A stretch of DNA of 64,000 nt. Source: Candidatus Caldarchaeales archaeon. GTDB taxonomy: Archaea; Thermoproteota; Nitrososphaeria_A; Caldarchaeales; Wolframiiraptoraceae. This document shows, piece after piece, positions 55,001 to 64,000 of the stretch; the first letter of the stretch is position 1; the number at the start of each line of letters is the position of its first letter. The DNA lies in assembly GCA_039630055.1 (NCBI GenBank), contig JBCNVN010000001.1:7588-71587 (forward strand), read 5' to 3'. The translations under genes and the position numbers were made by a program. The notes below the pieces were generated by a model. That model was not told where the DNA came from and searched no databases. It saw nothing but the letters and a program-made list of their open reading frames with translations.

Positions 55001-55654
55001 TTATATATCTTCTCTGTATAGTCCACGAGCTCCTATGAATGGATTGTAGAGCTTCTCAACCCCTATAGTTGTGGATGGACCATGACCTGGATAGACGCTA
55101 TAATCATCTGGTAATGTAAGAATCTTCTCTCTCAAGGACTTCAATAAGATCTCTAGACTTCCACCTGGAAGATCATGTCTACCTATCCCTCCAGCAAATA
55201 ATGTATCTCCTGTAAATACTGCTTCGTCTAGAACATAGGATACGCTTCCAGCAGTGTGTCCAGGTGTGTGCAGTGTCTTGATCTTATTAGAACCAATATT
55301 TATCATATATCCATCCTCCACATATCCATCTGGTCTAGGAGGCTCATCGACCTCTCCTCCAACTATCTCCTTATAGTCGATTACACTTCTATTAAGTATA
55401 GGTACATCATCTCTATGGATATAGAATTTACATCCTAAATATTCTTTGAGCTCTCTTACAGCCATAACGTGATCGAAATGTCCATGTGTAGCGTATATAG
55501 CTTTAACCTCTATACGGTTCCTATCAATACTCTTCAAAATCTTCTCAGCCTCGTCTCCAGCATCCACCAAAACACCCTCTCTATATACTGGGTCAAAGAC
55601 TAGGTAAGAATTACTCATTAAAGGTCCGACCAAGATCCTTTCAACAATCAGCAT
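55001..55654 (-). CDS. Metallo-beta-lactamase fold hydrolase (glyoxalase II-like)
   Basis: ATHGHFDH motif, HTPGHT, and a GD...H tail. The ATG at 55654 (MLIVERILVGP) is preferred over the TTG-extended ORF to 55726. Confidence 0.8.
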   Translation of the reverse strand: MLIVERILVGPLMSNSYLVFDPVYREGVLVDAGDEAEKILKSIDRNRIEVKAIYATHGHFDHVMAVRELKEYLGCKFYIHRDDVPILNRSVIDYKEIVGGEVDEPPRPDGYVEDGYMINIGSNKIKTLHTPGHTAGSVSYVLDEAVFTGDTLFAGGIGRHDLPGGSLEILLKSLREKILTLPDDYSVYPGHGPSTTIGVEKLYNPFIGARGLYREDI

Positions 55655-55915
55655 CGAAGACCCTCCCAAGACTGTATGCATCGATGATATATTAATTCTA
55701 TCAGACCTCCTATTATATTGTAGCAAATTATTCTACAGTATCTGTAAATGGTTCTAGGTAGTTTGACAACATTTAAATTTTAATCCGGCTACAGACCATC
55801 AGGACCTCACATACCCATATCGGTGTCTATATGTTATTCGGAAGAAGTTATACAATCTTTAACATAGTTAGAGATGGAGAAACTTAATAATCAGCGTATA
55901 TAGAGTACTCTGAGA

Positions 55916-56194
55916 ATGAAGATCCCTGAGAACATCAATACATATTGTCCGAGATGTCGAAGGTATACCGAGCATAAGGTAGCTCTTTATAAGAAGGGTA
56001 AAGAAAGGTCTCTCGCTGCAGGAGCTAGAAGACATGAGAGAGAGCTACATGGTTATGGAGGTCAGAAGTATCCTTTACAACGTAAGAAGTCGAAGACAAC
56101 CCAGAAGCAGACTCTAAAACTAATCTGTAAAGAATGCAGTTATACTATCCACAGAGAGGGTATAAGATTAAAGAAGCTAGAGATTAGCCGTTAA
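55916..56194 (+). CDS. rpl44e: 50S ribosomal protein L44e (eL42)
   Basis: 92 aa with a zinc ribbon (CPRCRRYTEH...CKECS) and a basic sequence. Confidence 0.92.
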   Translation: MKIPENINTYCPRCRRYTEHKVALYKKGKERSLAAGARRHERELHGYGGQKYPLQRKKSKTTQKQTLKLICKECSYTIHREGIRLKKLEISR

Positions 56195-56255
56195 AAATCT
56201 CTAAACACTGTCATAAAGTTAGGTTCAAGAAAGATCATCTCTGAAAAGAATATGG

Positions 56256-56528
56256 TTAGTGAATCGTGATGAGGATCTCGATAAAGCTTACGTACCTCTT
56301 CCTACCCCCATCCAGCTCTGCCTCATCATATCCTAGCTCAATATTCTTTATCTTGAGATTTGAGTAGAAGCTCTTCTTGAGAAGTAGGGCCACATCTATA
56401 CAGTTACTGATACTCCTTCCCCGAGCTCTAAGCAAAACTTCTCTCTCCCCCTTGTTAAATAAGGTTATACATGCTGTAACATACCTCATCTTAGATTTCT
56501 TCCCTACTATTACCATCGCCTTCCTCAA
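56256..56528 (-). CDS. albA: Alba (Sac10b) DNA/RNA-binding protein
   Basis: 90 aa with VGKKSKMRYVTACITLFNKGEREVLLRARGRSISNCIDVA and VSFIEI. Confidence 0.88.
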   Translation of the reverse strand: MRKAMVIVGKKSKMRYVTACITLFNKGEREVLLRARGRSISNCIDVALLLKKSFYSNLKIKNIELGYDEAELDGGRKRYVSFIEILITIH

Positions 56529-56575
56529 ATCTCTTCTTACCCTATAGATGGTTCACGAGGAATATATCTTTGTTT

Positions 56576-58336
56576 CTAGAATAGTAAGTATAATATTGTG
56601 AAGGTTAATAAGCCTGAGATGACAATCGTCGAGAAAATTGTTAAGAAGAGTAGTCTTAGGGATTTCTGCGTCTTGTCTGCAGCCTCTTCAAGGAAGTCGT
56701 TAGACATTACCTTTATATTGTTGAAAATGAATGAGATCCTCGCCGCCTCCATCTTCTTGATATTGTTCTTAGCCTTTCTCACAGTTCTCAAAACAGACTC
56801 GACTATCTCTTCTATGGGAATCACCTCTCCCAGTGGATGGTATCCTCTACCTCCAAGCTTGACCCCATTAACAATATGGGTATCTGTTGTTAATACTTCG
56901 CAATAATCTATTCCGATCCTTTTGACTTCTTCTAAGATCTTATCTCTAACCTGTGGAACCGCATTATTACTATCGATAACTGTGAGAGCTGAAAACTTAT
57001 CGTTATTCTTTAATAAAATTGTTCTGATGCCTAGTGGCCCTATACCATCTTCTAAGCCATAACCATCGATGTCTGTCTCACCATATCCAAGAAATATTTC
57101 AGAACATCTATCAACCGATACTCTAGATGCATTCTTTAGAGCTCGCTTAACATCTTCCAGTCTATCATTTAGCTCTCTAACATCTTCAGAGAAACTATTA
57201 TGAGCATCAACAACCACTAGTTCATCATTCCTTATATCATCCATAACCTCAAGAGGTATGTCTTCCATCCCTTCTGGATGTAGAGTTACTAGAGTAAGGA
57301 TTGTTTTTCCTATGGGTATAAGAGTTGTAGTTACAGAACCAGAGTTTAATATCTTCGTAGAACCCAGTAGACTAGAGTAATCCGAGTCATGGTTTAATAT
57401 CTTTCTCTCAATCTCATCAGATATAAACTCGCAATCTATTCTCGAGATGATGTTCTTAGAATGGTCTGATAATCCTTTAACGATAACTGATCTGATGTTA
57501 TGTCTAGAAAGCTTCTCATCGATTAGATACGGTAGTATGGTGCTTCCAAAATCTTTGAATGGACCGGGATGAAAACCTGGGACTATTAGAGCTATGTCAA
57601 CCTTACGGGATGAAACCTCTCTGAACGCTATCAACTCTATCTTTATATCCGATTTACTTTCAAGTTTTTCAGCCAGTCTCTCTAGATTCTCTCTCACACC
57701 ATCAAGGAATATTGCCAACATCGCTGATAAGAGTTCTAACGGCTTCAACCCCCTAATCTTCAATAAGACATCGATCGTTGAAGAATAACCTATGTATGCT
57801 ATACTTCCAACGAGTTGACCGATAATCATAGTAATCTTAACATCTTCTAGATTAGAAAGTAGGAAAGGAAGAACTTGAAGTAGGGAGACTGTGGTTGAAT
57901 ACTTGAGTGTATAGGTTAAGCTGTCTCCACTTAGAACTCTAATTATTAATCCTCTAAGCATGGTTGCTAAAGCTACAAGTGATGAGAGGATGGATAAAGC
58001 TAAGATTATCGGAAATCTTAAGATATGTGCTAAATAGATGGTTGCTAATCCAATACTGGCCATGGACAATTCTATCAATGTAATTCCGTTTAGCCTTCTA
58101 AAATTAACTAGTTCTCTCCGATTCCTGGAGAAGATGTAGTTGACTAAGATTATAGAGTAGAAGGATACTGCTGATAATAATATGATTGGATAAGCGATCA
58201 GAGAGACTAGAAATACCGTTATAGTAGCGGACGTTATCGTTATGGTTACCAGGCTACCTTTACCTGGAAGCCCCTTAATGTATGGATAGAGAGAGGCCAA
58301 TCTCGTTGTATGGTTTCTCAACTTCAAATTTTTCAT
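56576..58336 (-). CDS. Large archaeal membrane protein (possibly DUF2070-like)
   Basis: 586 aa with an N-terminal half of about six or seven helices, a soluble middle/C-terminal domain and a final TM helix. The family assignment is from memory only. Confidence 0.5.
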   Translation of the reverse strand: MKNLKLRNHTTRLASLYPYIKGLPGKGSLVTITITSATITVFLVSLIAYPIILLSAVSFYSIILVNYIFSRNRRELVNFRRLNGITLIELSMASIGLATIYLAHILRFPIILALSILSSLVALATMLRGLIIRVLSGDSLTYTLKYSTTVSLLQVLPFLLSNLEDVKITMIIGQLVGSIAYIGYSSTIDVLLKIRGLKPLELLSAMLAIFLDGVRENLERLAEKLESKSDIKIELIAFREVSSRKVDIALIVPGFHPGPFKDFGSTILPYLIDEKLSRHNIRSVIVKGLSDHSKNIISRIDCEFISDEIERKILNHDSDYSSLLGSTKILNSGSVTTTLIPIGKTILTLVTLHPEGMEDIPLEVMDDIRNDELVVVDAHNSFSEDVRELNDRLEDVKRALKNASRVSVDRCSEIFLGYGETDIDGYGLEDGIGPLGIRTILLKNNDKFSALTVIDSNNAVPQVRDKILEEVKRIGIDYCEVLTTDTHIVNGVKLGGRGYHPLGEVIPIEEIVESVLRTVRKAKNNIKKMEAARISFIFNNIKVMSNDFLEEAADKTQKSLRLLFLTIFSTIVISGLLTFTILYLLF

Positions 58337-58444
58337 GGAGATTCTCTACCACGAATTATATTAACCAATCGTTACAGCACTAGATATAGATATTTTTTAT
58401 GTTGAGAAAGCGTTAAGAATATCTAATATGTTGAGATTTGTAGA

Positions 58445-59425
58445 TTGAGTAGGGTTAAGGTTCTTAGAGGTTATGGACCAGCTATAGATGTTAGAGGTGT
58501 TAAGCTTGTATTCGATAGTAGTCCTCACGGAAAGAGTATTCAACTTATCTCACACGCTCACCTTGACCATGTTCAAACTCTTTCTCCAGTAAATGTTATA
58601 ATGACCAGAGAGACCCACTCGATACTTGAATCTATAGGTAGGAGAGGTGAATGGACTAAGATAGAATATGGAAGAGGATTAACAATATTGGATGATGTAA
58701 AGATATCTGCAGAGCCTTCAGGCCACGTTTTAGGATCAGCTCAGTTTATAATAGATCTAGATGGAAATAGATTGGTGTATACAGGCGACTTAAACATCTA
58801 CGATAGCCTAGTACATAGAGGAGCGAACCCCATAGAGTCGGACATACTAATAATAGAGTCTACTTATGGTGAACCATCATACAGATTTCCTAGTAGAGAG
58901 AAGATATACGCAAACATAATTAGATGGATACTGGAAACTACGAACTCAGGCGGGATACCTGCATTCAAAGTATACTCTCTAGGTAAGAGCCAGGAGATAA
59001 TACAGTTAATCAATACTTATCTAGATCTTCCCGTCGTGGTAAGTTGGCCAGTTGCAAGAATATCTGAAAGATATAGAGAATATGGAATCCCTCTAGAGTA
59101 CATCATCATCAATAGCCTTGAAGGATTAGAATTATTAAAGCATGGTGATTGCGTCTATGTCTCTAGCTCAAGAGAGGATCTTCCAACCAAAAGGAATATT
59201 CGATGGGCCGTTGCCACAGGATGGGCCTTAAGATATAGATATAATAGCTATGATATGGCTTTTCCACTTAGTGGTCATTCAGACTATGATGGATTAATAA
59301 AATATGTTGAGGAGAGCTGTCCGAAACAGGTTTACACATTCCATGGATACGCCAAGACATTCTCACAGCATCTTACACGTAAAGGTATAAGCTCTAAACC
59401 TCTCACTGAGATTAGTGAAGTATAG
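58445..59425 (+). CDS. Beta-CASP/metallo-beta-lactamase family nuclease (short form)
   Basis: 326 aa with SHAHLDH, TGDLN, ESTYG and PLSGHSDYDGL. Confidence 0.75.
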   Translation: MSRVKVLRGYGPAIDVRGVKLVFDSSPHGKSIQLISHAHLDHVQTLSPVNVIMTRETHSILESIGRRGEWTKIEYGRGLTILDDVKISAEPSGHVLGSAQFIIDLDGNRLVYTGDLNIYDSLVHRGANPIESDILIIESTYGEPSYRFPSREKIYANIIRWILETTNSGGIPAFKVYSLGKSQEIIQLINTYLDLPVVVSWPVARISERYREYGIPLEYIIINSLEGLELLKHGDCVYVSSSREDLPTKRNIRWAVATGWALRYRYNSYDMAFPLSGHSDYDGLIKYVEESCPKQVYTFHGYAKTFSQHLTRKGISSKPLTEISEV

Positions 59426-59531
59426 ATTAAGAGGATTTAAGTGGGTAATATAGTGAGTTTCTTAAGATCTTTGAAGTAGAAGTATGAGATCTTTATTAGT
59501 AACCAGGATGAGCATCATGGTAGTGTAGCTT

Positions 59532-59699
59532 ATGAGTGCTAGGAGAAGACGGAGAGAGGCCCCGATGCCCCAGTCTGCTGCAGGTCTATTAAGATTCTTT
59601 GAAGAGGAGATAAAAGGTATTAAGATTAGAGCTGAGCTCATCCTCATACTTGCAGCGGTCATGATCGCCACGGTCATCATCGCAAATCTATTCTTCTAA
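59532..59699 (+). CDS. secG: Preprotein translocase subunit Sec61beta/SecG
   Basis: 55-aa ORF absent from the ORF track: MSARRRRREAPMPQSAAGLLRFFEEEIKGIKIRAELILILAAVMIATVIIANLFF. It has a basic N-terminus, the AGLxRFF motif and a single C-terminal TM. Confidence 0.75.
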   Translation: MSARRRRREAPMPQSAAGLLRFFEEEIKGIKIRAELILILAAVMIATVIIANLFF

Positions 59700-59860
59700 A
59701 TGTTCCTCTTGTAAAATTCTGAAATGAACTAAACTATCTATTTATGATTCAATTCTTCCCCTAGATACTTATATTAACAAACAAAACTATCAAGAAGCTT
59801 CATAGTCAAACAACATGCTTTATCATCTCTTTCACATACGATCAAACTTCTACAACTTTA

Positions 59861-60130
59861 TTAAAACAAGTCTAGTTCTGTCTGACCCATACCAGTCTGC
59901 GTCCAAATTACTCTCCTTTTATACTTATAAGACTTAACTATCCCTTCTGCCTCCATATTCTTTAGATGTCTCCTAACTGAAGAATTACTTCTCTTGACTT
60001 CTTCTGCTATATTCTTTAGAGTTGAGGGTTTAGAAGATATAATCTCGAGGATTCTAGACCTGGTATCTATCCCCCTCTTAACATTCTTGATCCTAGATAA
60101 GTATGCTCTAGGGTTGACCTTAGACATCAA
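59861..60130 (-). CDS. ArsR-family winged-helix transcriptional regulator
   Basis: 89 aa with RILEIISSKPSTLKNIAEEVKRSNSSVRRHLKNMEAEGIV. Confidence 0.75.
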   Translation of the reverse strand: MMSKVNPRAYLSRIKNVKRGIDTRSRILEIISSKPSTLKNIAEEVKRSNSSVRRHLKNMEAEGIVKSYKYKRRVIWTQTGMGQTELDLF

Positions 60131-60177
60131 TTATAGGATCTTTACATCTTCTAGATATCTATTTACCCTTTATGGAG

Positions 60178-63100
60178 CTAGCTGGAGAAACTTTCTAGAG
60201 AGGCTTGCCTGCCAACTTTCCCCCCGACCATTCTCTGTCTTGACAACATTCTTTCAATATTCTCTATAGACATATAACCGTACTCTTTAAGATATGGTGT
60301 TTTTACATATCTTGATAAAAGTTTTCTTGCGAGCTCGACATATTTCTCCACCGCCCCTCTGAACACGGTCTGCATAAGCTCTCCACCGCATCTAGAGCAC
60401 TTGGTGGTGATCGGTAGCCTCCTATACTTTAAACCACATCTCTTACATCTAAATTCTTGTGTAAAGAATGCTCTAGCATTTCCAACTATATCCGGTAAAA
60501 TGTGGGTCTGCATTATCTTCTCAACTACTAGGGTAACGTCGATTCCTGCTAACTTATTAGCAATATCCAGCTGTCCAACTATCTTATCTAGCATTGAAGA
60601 GTGTTTTTTGTATGCTGACTCTTTAACAGGCGTGGTTAGAGAAGTTTGTGGATGTGTGAACCTTGTAGACGTGTAAGATCCAGCTTCTCCAAGGAAATTC
60701 TTTACAGTTAATATAATTCCAGATACTTTAGATATGTGTTCTCTATCCTCTGCCCTCCTATAAAATTCTAAAGGATATCTATCTGCAACATCGAGATTAT
60801 GTGCTTGTTCATCTACCTCTTCTGGATAAACTATAGAGGTTATCAAGAGAGGTGTATCCATTCTTCCACCAATTCTATCTGGGAGATATAGTTTAGAGAA
60901 GTTTATTAGAGGGTCTAATAGAAGCATTATGCTATCCTCATCTCCATCACAGTCTCTTCTCTTTGCTGCATGAAGGACCGGGTGAGCGAAACATACAAGA
61001 GCATCCACTATGCCGATCACTCTCGATACGGAGGCTGCATATGTGTGAGGTGATAAGACTACTACGAGTTCTCCTATAACATCTTCAGGACTATTGAAAT
61101 TATAGTATGGATTCATTCCTGCAAGCTTCACTAACTCATCATCAATCACTTTTGAGACCTTGAATAAGTGTTCAGCAGCTTCTCTCGGGATGATTATGTC
61201 TTGTATTCTCAGCTCAAGATACTGGTCTGGAGATGTCAATAGATTACCATAGATATCATGTGTATATCCAAGCTCTCTAAGCTTCTCTACCTTCGTCCCT
61301 ATCTGTCTTGGAGTAAAGTGGGTTAGAGGAGCATTCGTTACATCAAATCTCATCGTGCCATCCTTGTATATGAAAAGTCCATGTTTTGCTCTCATTATAC
61401 CTTTAGAGAGCTCTTCAGGGGTTCTGGTTAGACTAGTCAATCTTTTAACACCTTTAATCTTTGATGGGGGTGCTTCACCAATCCTTCTCAAAGCCTCATA
61501 AACTTCTTCCGCTACATTCACCACGAACTTCTCAAAATAGTGAACGGTACCTCCACACTTCACGCAAGTGCTCTCCCCATCATACTTCTTCTCTGATCCA
61601 CATGATTCACATAATCCTATAATATCTGTTATAATTCCACATTTAGGACATCTATGCTTCCACGTCTTCATTCTGCAATTCGGACAAATTCTCCTAACCA
61701 ATTCAACGGCCACTCTCTCGTTATTGTTTGAAGCTTGTACGATGTCTCTTGAAGGCCCTCCACTCAACCCTATCGGGAAGAGGATGTTTACGGGAGGGGT
61801 CGTCTCTCTCTGGGCAGCTTTTTCAGGCCTACCCATTCTAGCGCTTATAAAAGTTCCAGTCTTATCCTTAATCTTCAACCCTGATAATCTGGATAAATGC
61901 TCAAGTATGGGGCCATCAACTAACCGTTCTTCTCTAAATGGTTGAAGCGTTGCGATGAGAGCTTTGAACCATGATTTGGGGATAACTATCCTATCAGACT
62001 CAACTCTATGCTCTACAAGTATCCTAATTAGAAGCTCTCTAATATCATCAGATCTAGGTAGATGTATTTCTTCATCTTTATGAATGAGCGGCCTTATACC
62101 ATTTCTAATCCATCTTCTAATCATCTCTGACTCCTCTACCGTTATGTTTGTCCAGAAAGCAGTGTATCGAGGGTGGAGAGGAGCACCGGTCCTAAAACTT
62201 ATAATGATAGCCTCATCTACGGAAGGAATCTCATGGAAGGGGTCAGTGATTAGAGAATCGATCCTCTCTAAAAGTTTTCTATCAACTTTATCGAGAGAAT
62301 TGACCAAGGCCATCCTAAGCTCTTCCGCCCACCACTCTTCACAAAATCCCGGTGGATAAAGTATAACATTGTTCTCTATCAGGTCTCCTACCGATATCAG
62401 TATATCTCCAAGAAACAGTATTTTAGCAATCTTCTCTTTTATCCTCATATACTTTGAATGATCATCTAGTCTTAGGAGCTCACCATCCTCCGTCAATACA
62501 TGTGGTGGCTCGATAGTATCTACTACGGCCACGACCCCTCCTTTCCCTGGATAGTCCAACTTTAGCTGAGTTCCAGAGACAATATACCAATTCAAGACTT
62601 CCAAGGTTAATGGGTGGAGACCTATAGATGCTAAGCCTGTTGATGGAGCCCTTCCATATCTAATCCTCAAACCACCGAACCTATCTGGGAGAGAGAGTAT
62701 GGGTCTTCCACCAACAACTTCATCAAAGTATCTCTCATCTTCATTCTTCACTTGCTCCATCATCTTGATTACTTCTTTTATCCAATCCCAGCCATCTAAT
62801 CCTACCTTTTCAACGAGTTTTAGAACTTTCTTGGCTCTACCCGCTATACCATCGTTTACAACTCTGAGAGCTCCTCCTCTAAGATAGTTTGTCTCAATCC
62901 TCGGCAGGTTCCGGAATGAAGATACAAGTATCCTATCTGTCGGGATACCTGTTACTTCTACTGGAAGATTCTTCAAAACATACTCAATTATGTTATCTGG
63001 AACATTGTATTGGAATCTCGAGACCATCTTCTTATAGACTCTCAGTTCCTCTATGAACCTTACTATCTCCTCATAAGTGGGAATATACTTATCTAATCCC

Positions 63101-63606
63101 ATTAGCCTTCTAACGTAATCTGCTAAGACTACGACTGCAGCTAGTTCTGTTCCTCCTGCAGACCTGATGGGTCCTGCAAAATATACGGCGAGATATCTCG
63201 TACCATCTAGATTCTTCTTAATCTTCACTTTAACTATGCCTTCTGTAGGGGCAGCGGTTATACATGGAGGGGTCATCACTGCTAAAGATGTCCTTATAGC
63301 TTGAAGTATGATCTTTTCATCATCTCCTCCTGTACCATGTTCTAAGATGATGTCCTCCGCCAATCTTAGTGCCAGCTTCTCTATAGTAGTCTTGCTAAAC
63401 AGTTTTCTAATCTTCTCTGCAATACCTTTCGGTCCAACTAGAAGCTCAACCCTCTCTGCTAAGTCTCGTGCAAACATTACCTCGATGTATGGTGTTGGAG
63501 ATGATATCCTCTTCCTAGCTTCAACAGCTATCTTCTTAGCATGATTTATCTTTTCAATTAGTGAACCATAGTATCCTTGTAACTCTTTGGGGGTCTCACC
63601 AATCAT
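60178..63606 (-). CDS. polC: DNA polymerase II (PolD) large subunit DP2
   Basis: 1142 aa with multiple Cys4 zinc modules (CPNCRMKTWKHRCPKCG, CESCGS..CVKCG, CKRCGLKYRRLPITTKCSRCGG) and a two-barrel catalytic core pattern. No intein-sized insertion is present. Confidence 0.92.
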   Translation of the reverse strand: MIGETPKELQGYYGSLIEKINHAKKIAVEARKRISSPTPYIEVMFARDLAERVELLVGPKGIAEKIRKLFSKTTIEKLALRLAEDIILEHGTGGDDEKIILQAIRTSLAVMTPPCITAAPTEGIVKVKIKKNLDGTRYLAVYFAGPIRSAGGTELAAVVVLADYVRRLMGLDKYIPTYEEIVRFIEELRVYKKMVSRFQYNVPDNIIEYVLKNLPVEVTGIPTDRILVSSFRNLPRIETNYLRGGALRVVNDGIAGRAKKVLKLVEKVGLDGWDWIKEVIKMMEQVKNEDERYFDEVVGGRPILSLPDRFGGLRIRYGRAPSTGLASIGLHPLTLEVLNWYIVSGTQLKLDYPGKGGVVAVVDTIEPPHVLTEDGELLRLDDHSKYMRIKEKIAKILFLGDILISVGDLIENNVILYPPGFCEEWWAEELRMALVNSLDKVDRKLLERIDSLITDPFHEIPSVDEAIIISFRTGAPLHPRYTAFWTNITVEESEMIRRWIRNGIRPLIHKDEEIHLPRSDDIRELLIRILVEHRVESDRIVIPKSWFKALIATLQPFREERLVDGPILEHLSRLSGLKIKDKTGTFISARMGRPEKAAQRETTPPVNILFPIGLSGGPSRDIVQASNNNERVAVELVRRICPNCRMKTWKHRCPKCGIITDIIGLCESCGSEKKYDGESTCVKCGGTVHYFEKFVVNVAEEVYEALRRIGEAPPSKIKGVKRLTSLTRTPEELSKGIMRAKHGLFIYKDGTMRFDVTNAPLTHFTPRQIGTKVEKLRELGYTHDIYGNLLTSPDQYLELRIQDIIIPREAAEHLFKVSKVIDDELVKLAGMNPYYNFNSPEDVIGELVVVLSPHTYAASVSRVIGIVDALVCFAHPVLHAAKRRDCDGDEDSIMLLLDPLINFSKLYLPDRIGGRMDTPLLITSIVYPEEVDEQAHNLDVADRYPLEFYRRAEDREHISKVSGIILTVKNFLGEAGSYTSTRFTHPQTSLTTPVKESAYKKHSSMLDKIVGQLDIANKLAGIDVTLVVEKIMQTHILPDIVGNARAFFTQEFRCKRCGLKYRRLPITTKCSRCGGELMQTVFRGAVEKYVELARKLLSRYVKTPYLKEYGYMSIENIERMLSRQRMVGGKVGRQASLESFSS

Positions 63607-63890
63607 CTAGTAGAAGAATATCTCTGGATGTTATTATGTATAGTTTTATCTTATATTTTTATTGTGATGATGTTCTAGAAGAAGATTGGGAAAGAATTAG
63701 CTTTGGCCATGTCTTTAACATGGTCCGAATAGTTCTACATCGTGAGGGAAGGATTAATCTATATTTATCGGACACTCAATCATCTATTATCTTATGATTG
63801 TATATAGATGGTAGATGGATCCAAAGCTGTAAGAATGTTTAGCTATAACTTAGTATAAGGTCTATTAAGATGTGAGAGAAGACGACTGTC

Positions 63891-64000
63891 TTAACCCTTA
63901 TACTTCATCCACTCTTCTACAAGATCGTATCCTAACAGCTTCTTTAAAGCTTCTCGTCCTTCAGGTGTAACTTTCAGCGGTGTCCATGGAGGCTCAAAAA
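63891..64000 (-). CDS. Partial gene (3' end only), DUF59/MIP18-like C-terminus
   Basis: The reverse frame reads ..FEPPWTPLKVTPEGREALKKLLGYDLVEEWMKYKG-stop. The PPWTP motif recalls DUF59 Fe-S assembly proteins. The gene is truncated by the window edge. Confidence 0.3.
   Translation of the reverse strand, partial: FEPPWTPLKVTPEGREALKKLLGYDLVEEWMKYKG

Noticed and set aside
60178-63606. Possible intein in PolD DP2
   Set aside because: The length is within the intein-free range, the sequence reads as continuous DP2, and there are no LAGLIDADG or Hint-like blocks.
63561-63797. 78-aa plus-strand ORF upstream of polC
   Set aside because: It overlaps the polC start and promoter region and has no recognisable motifs or plausible start context.

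Overview
This is an archaeal chromosomal segment. Codon usage is rich in AGA/AGG/ATA and the proteins look thermophile-like. The markers are the PolD large subunit (DP2), CdvB plus Vps4/CdvC, Alba, L44e, Sec61beta, intron-bearing tRNAs and a 24-nt CRISPR repeat ending in ATTGAAAG. I infer a PolD-bearing TACK-type archaeon; this is an inference, not a database match.

Most of the window is housekeeping:
- citrate synthase, proC, and rps15-recJ/Cdc45-like-pcc1
- a Zn/Mn-type ABC uptake operon with a DtxR-family repressor
- glycine cleavage gcvPA-gcvPB-gcvT, a MenA/UbiA prenyltransferase, and MoaD/MoaE
- glmS, ADP-forming acetyl-CoA synthetase, pyrC and pyrB, DUF47-PiT, and sua5

Accessory or unusual content:
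1. A 19-repeat CRISPR array (5018..6224) sits between a two-intron tRNA and rps15. No cas gene is recognisable anywhere in the 64 kb.
2. A stand-alone NurA-HerA pair has no mre11/rad50 partner.
3. An imidazoleglycerol-phosphate-dehydratase-like protein has lost the catalytic His pairs.
4. A free-standing double-LAGLIDADG/HTH gene has visibly different codon usage.
5. A roughly 17-kb redox island (36.2-53.4 kb) carries hdrCBA, hypDCE, hypF, hypA plus an Mrp-type HypB analogue, and a five-gene overlapping operon.

The five-gene operon encodes an HdrC-like/NarI-like membrane fusion, a short HdrA core, a full HdrA, MvhD and a [NiFe]-hydrogenase small subunit. Its architecture resembles QmoABC. It lacks any hydrogenase large subunit and any apr/dsr neighbour. 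I consider this operon the best candidate for an undescribed system.

All calls rest on reading the ORF translations and manual RNA folding. No searches were run.
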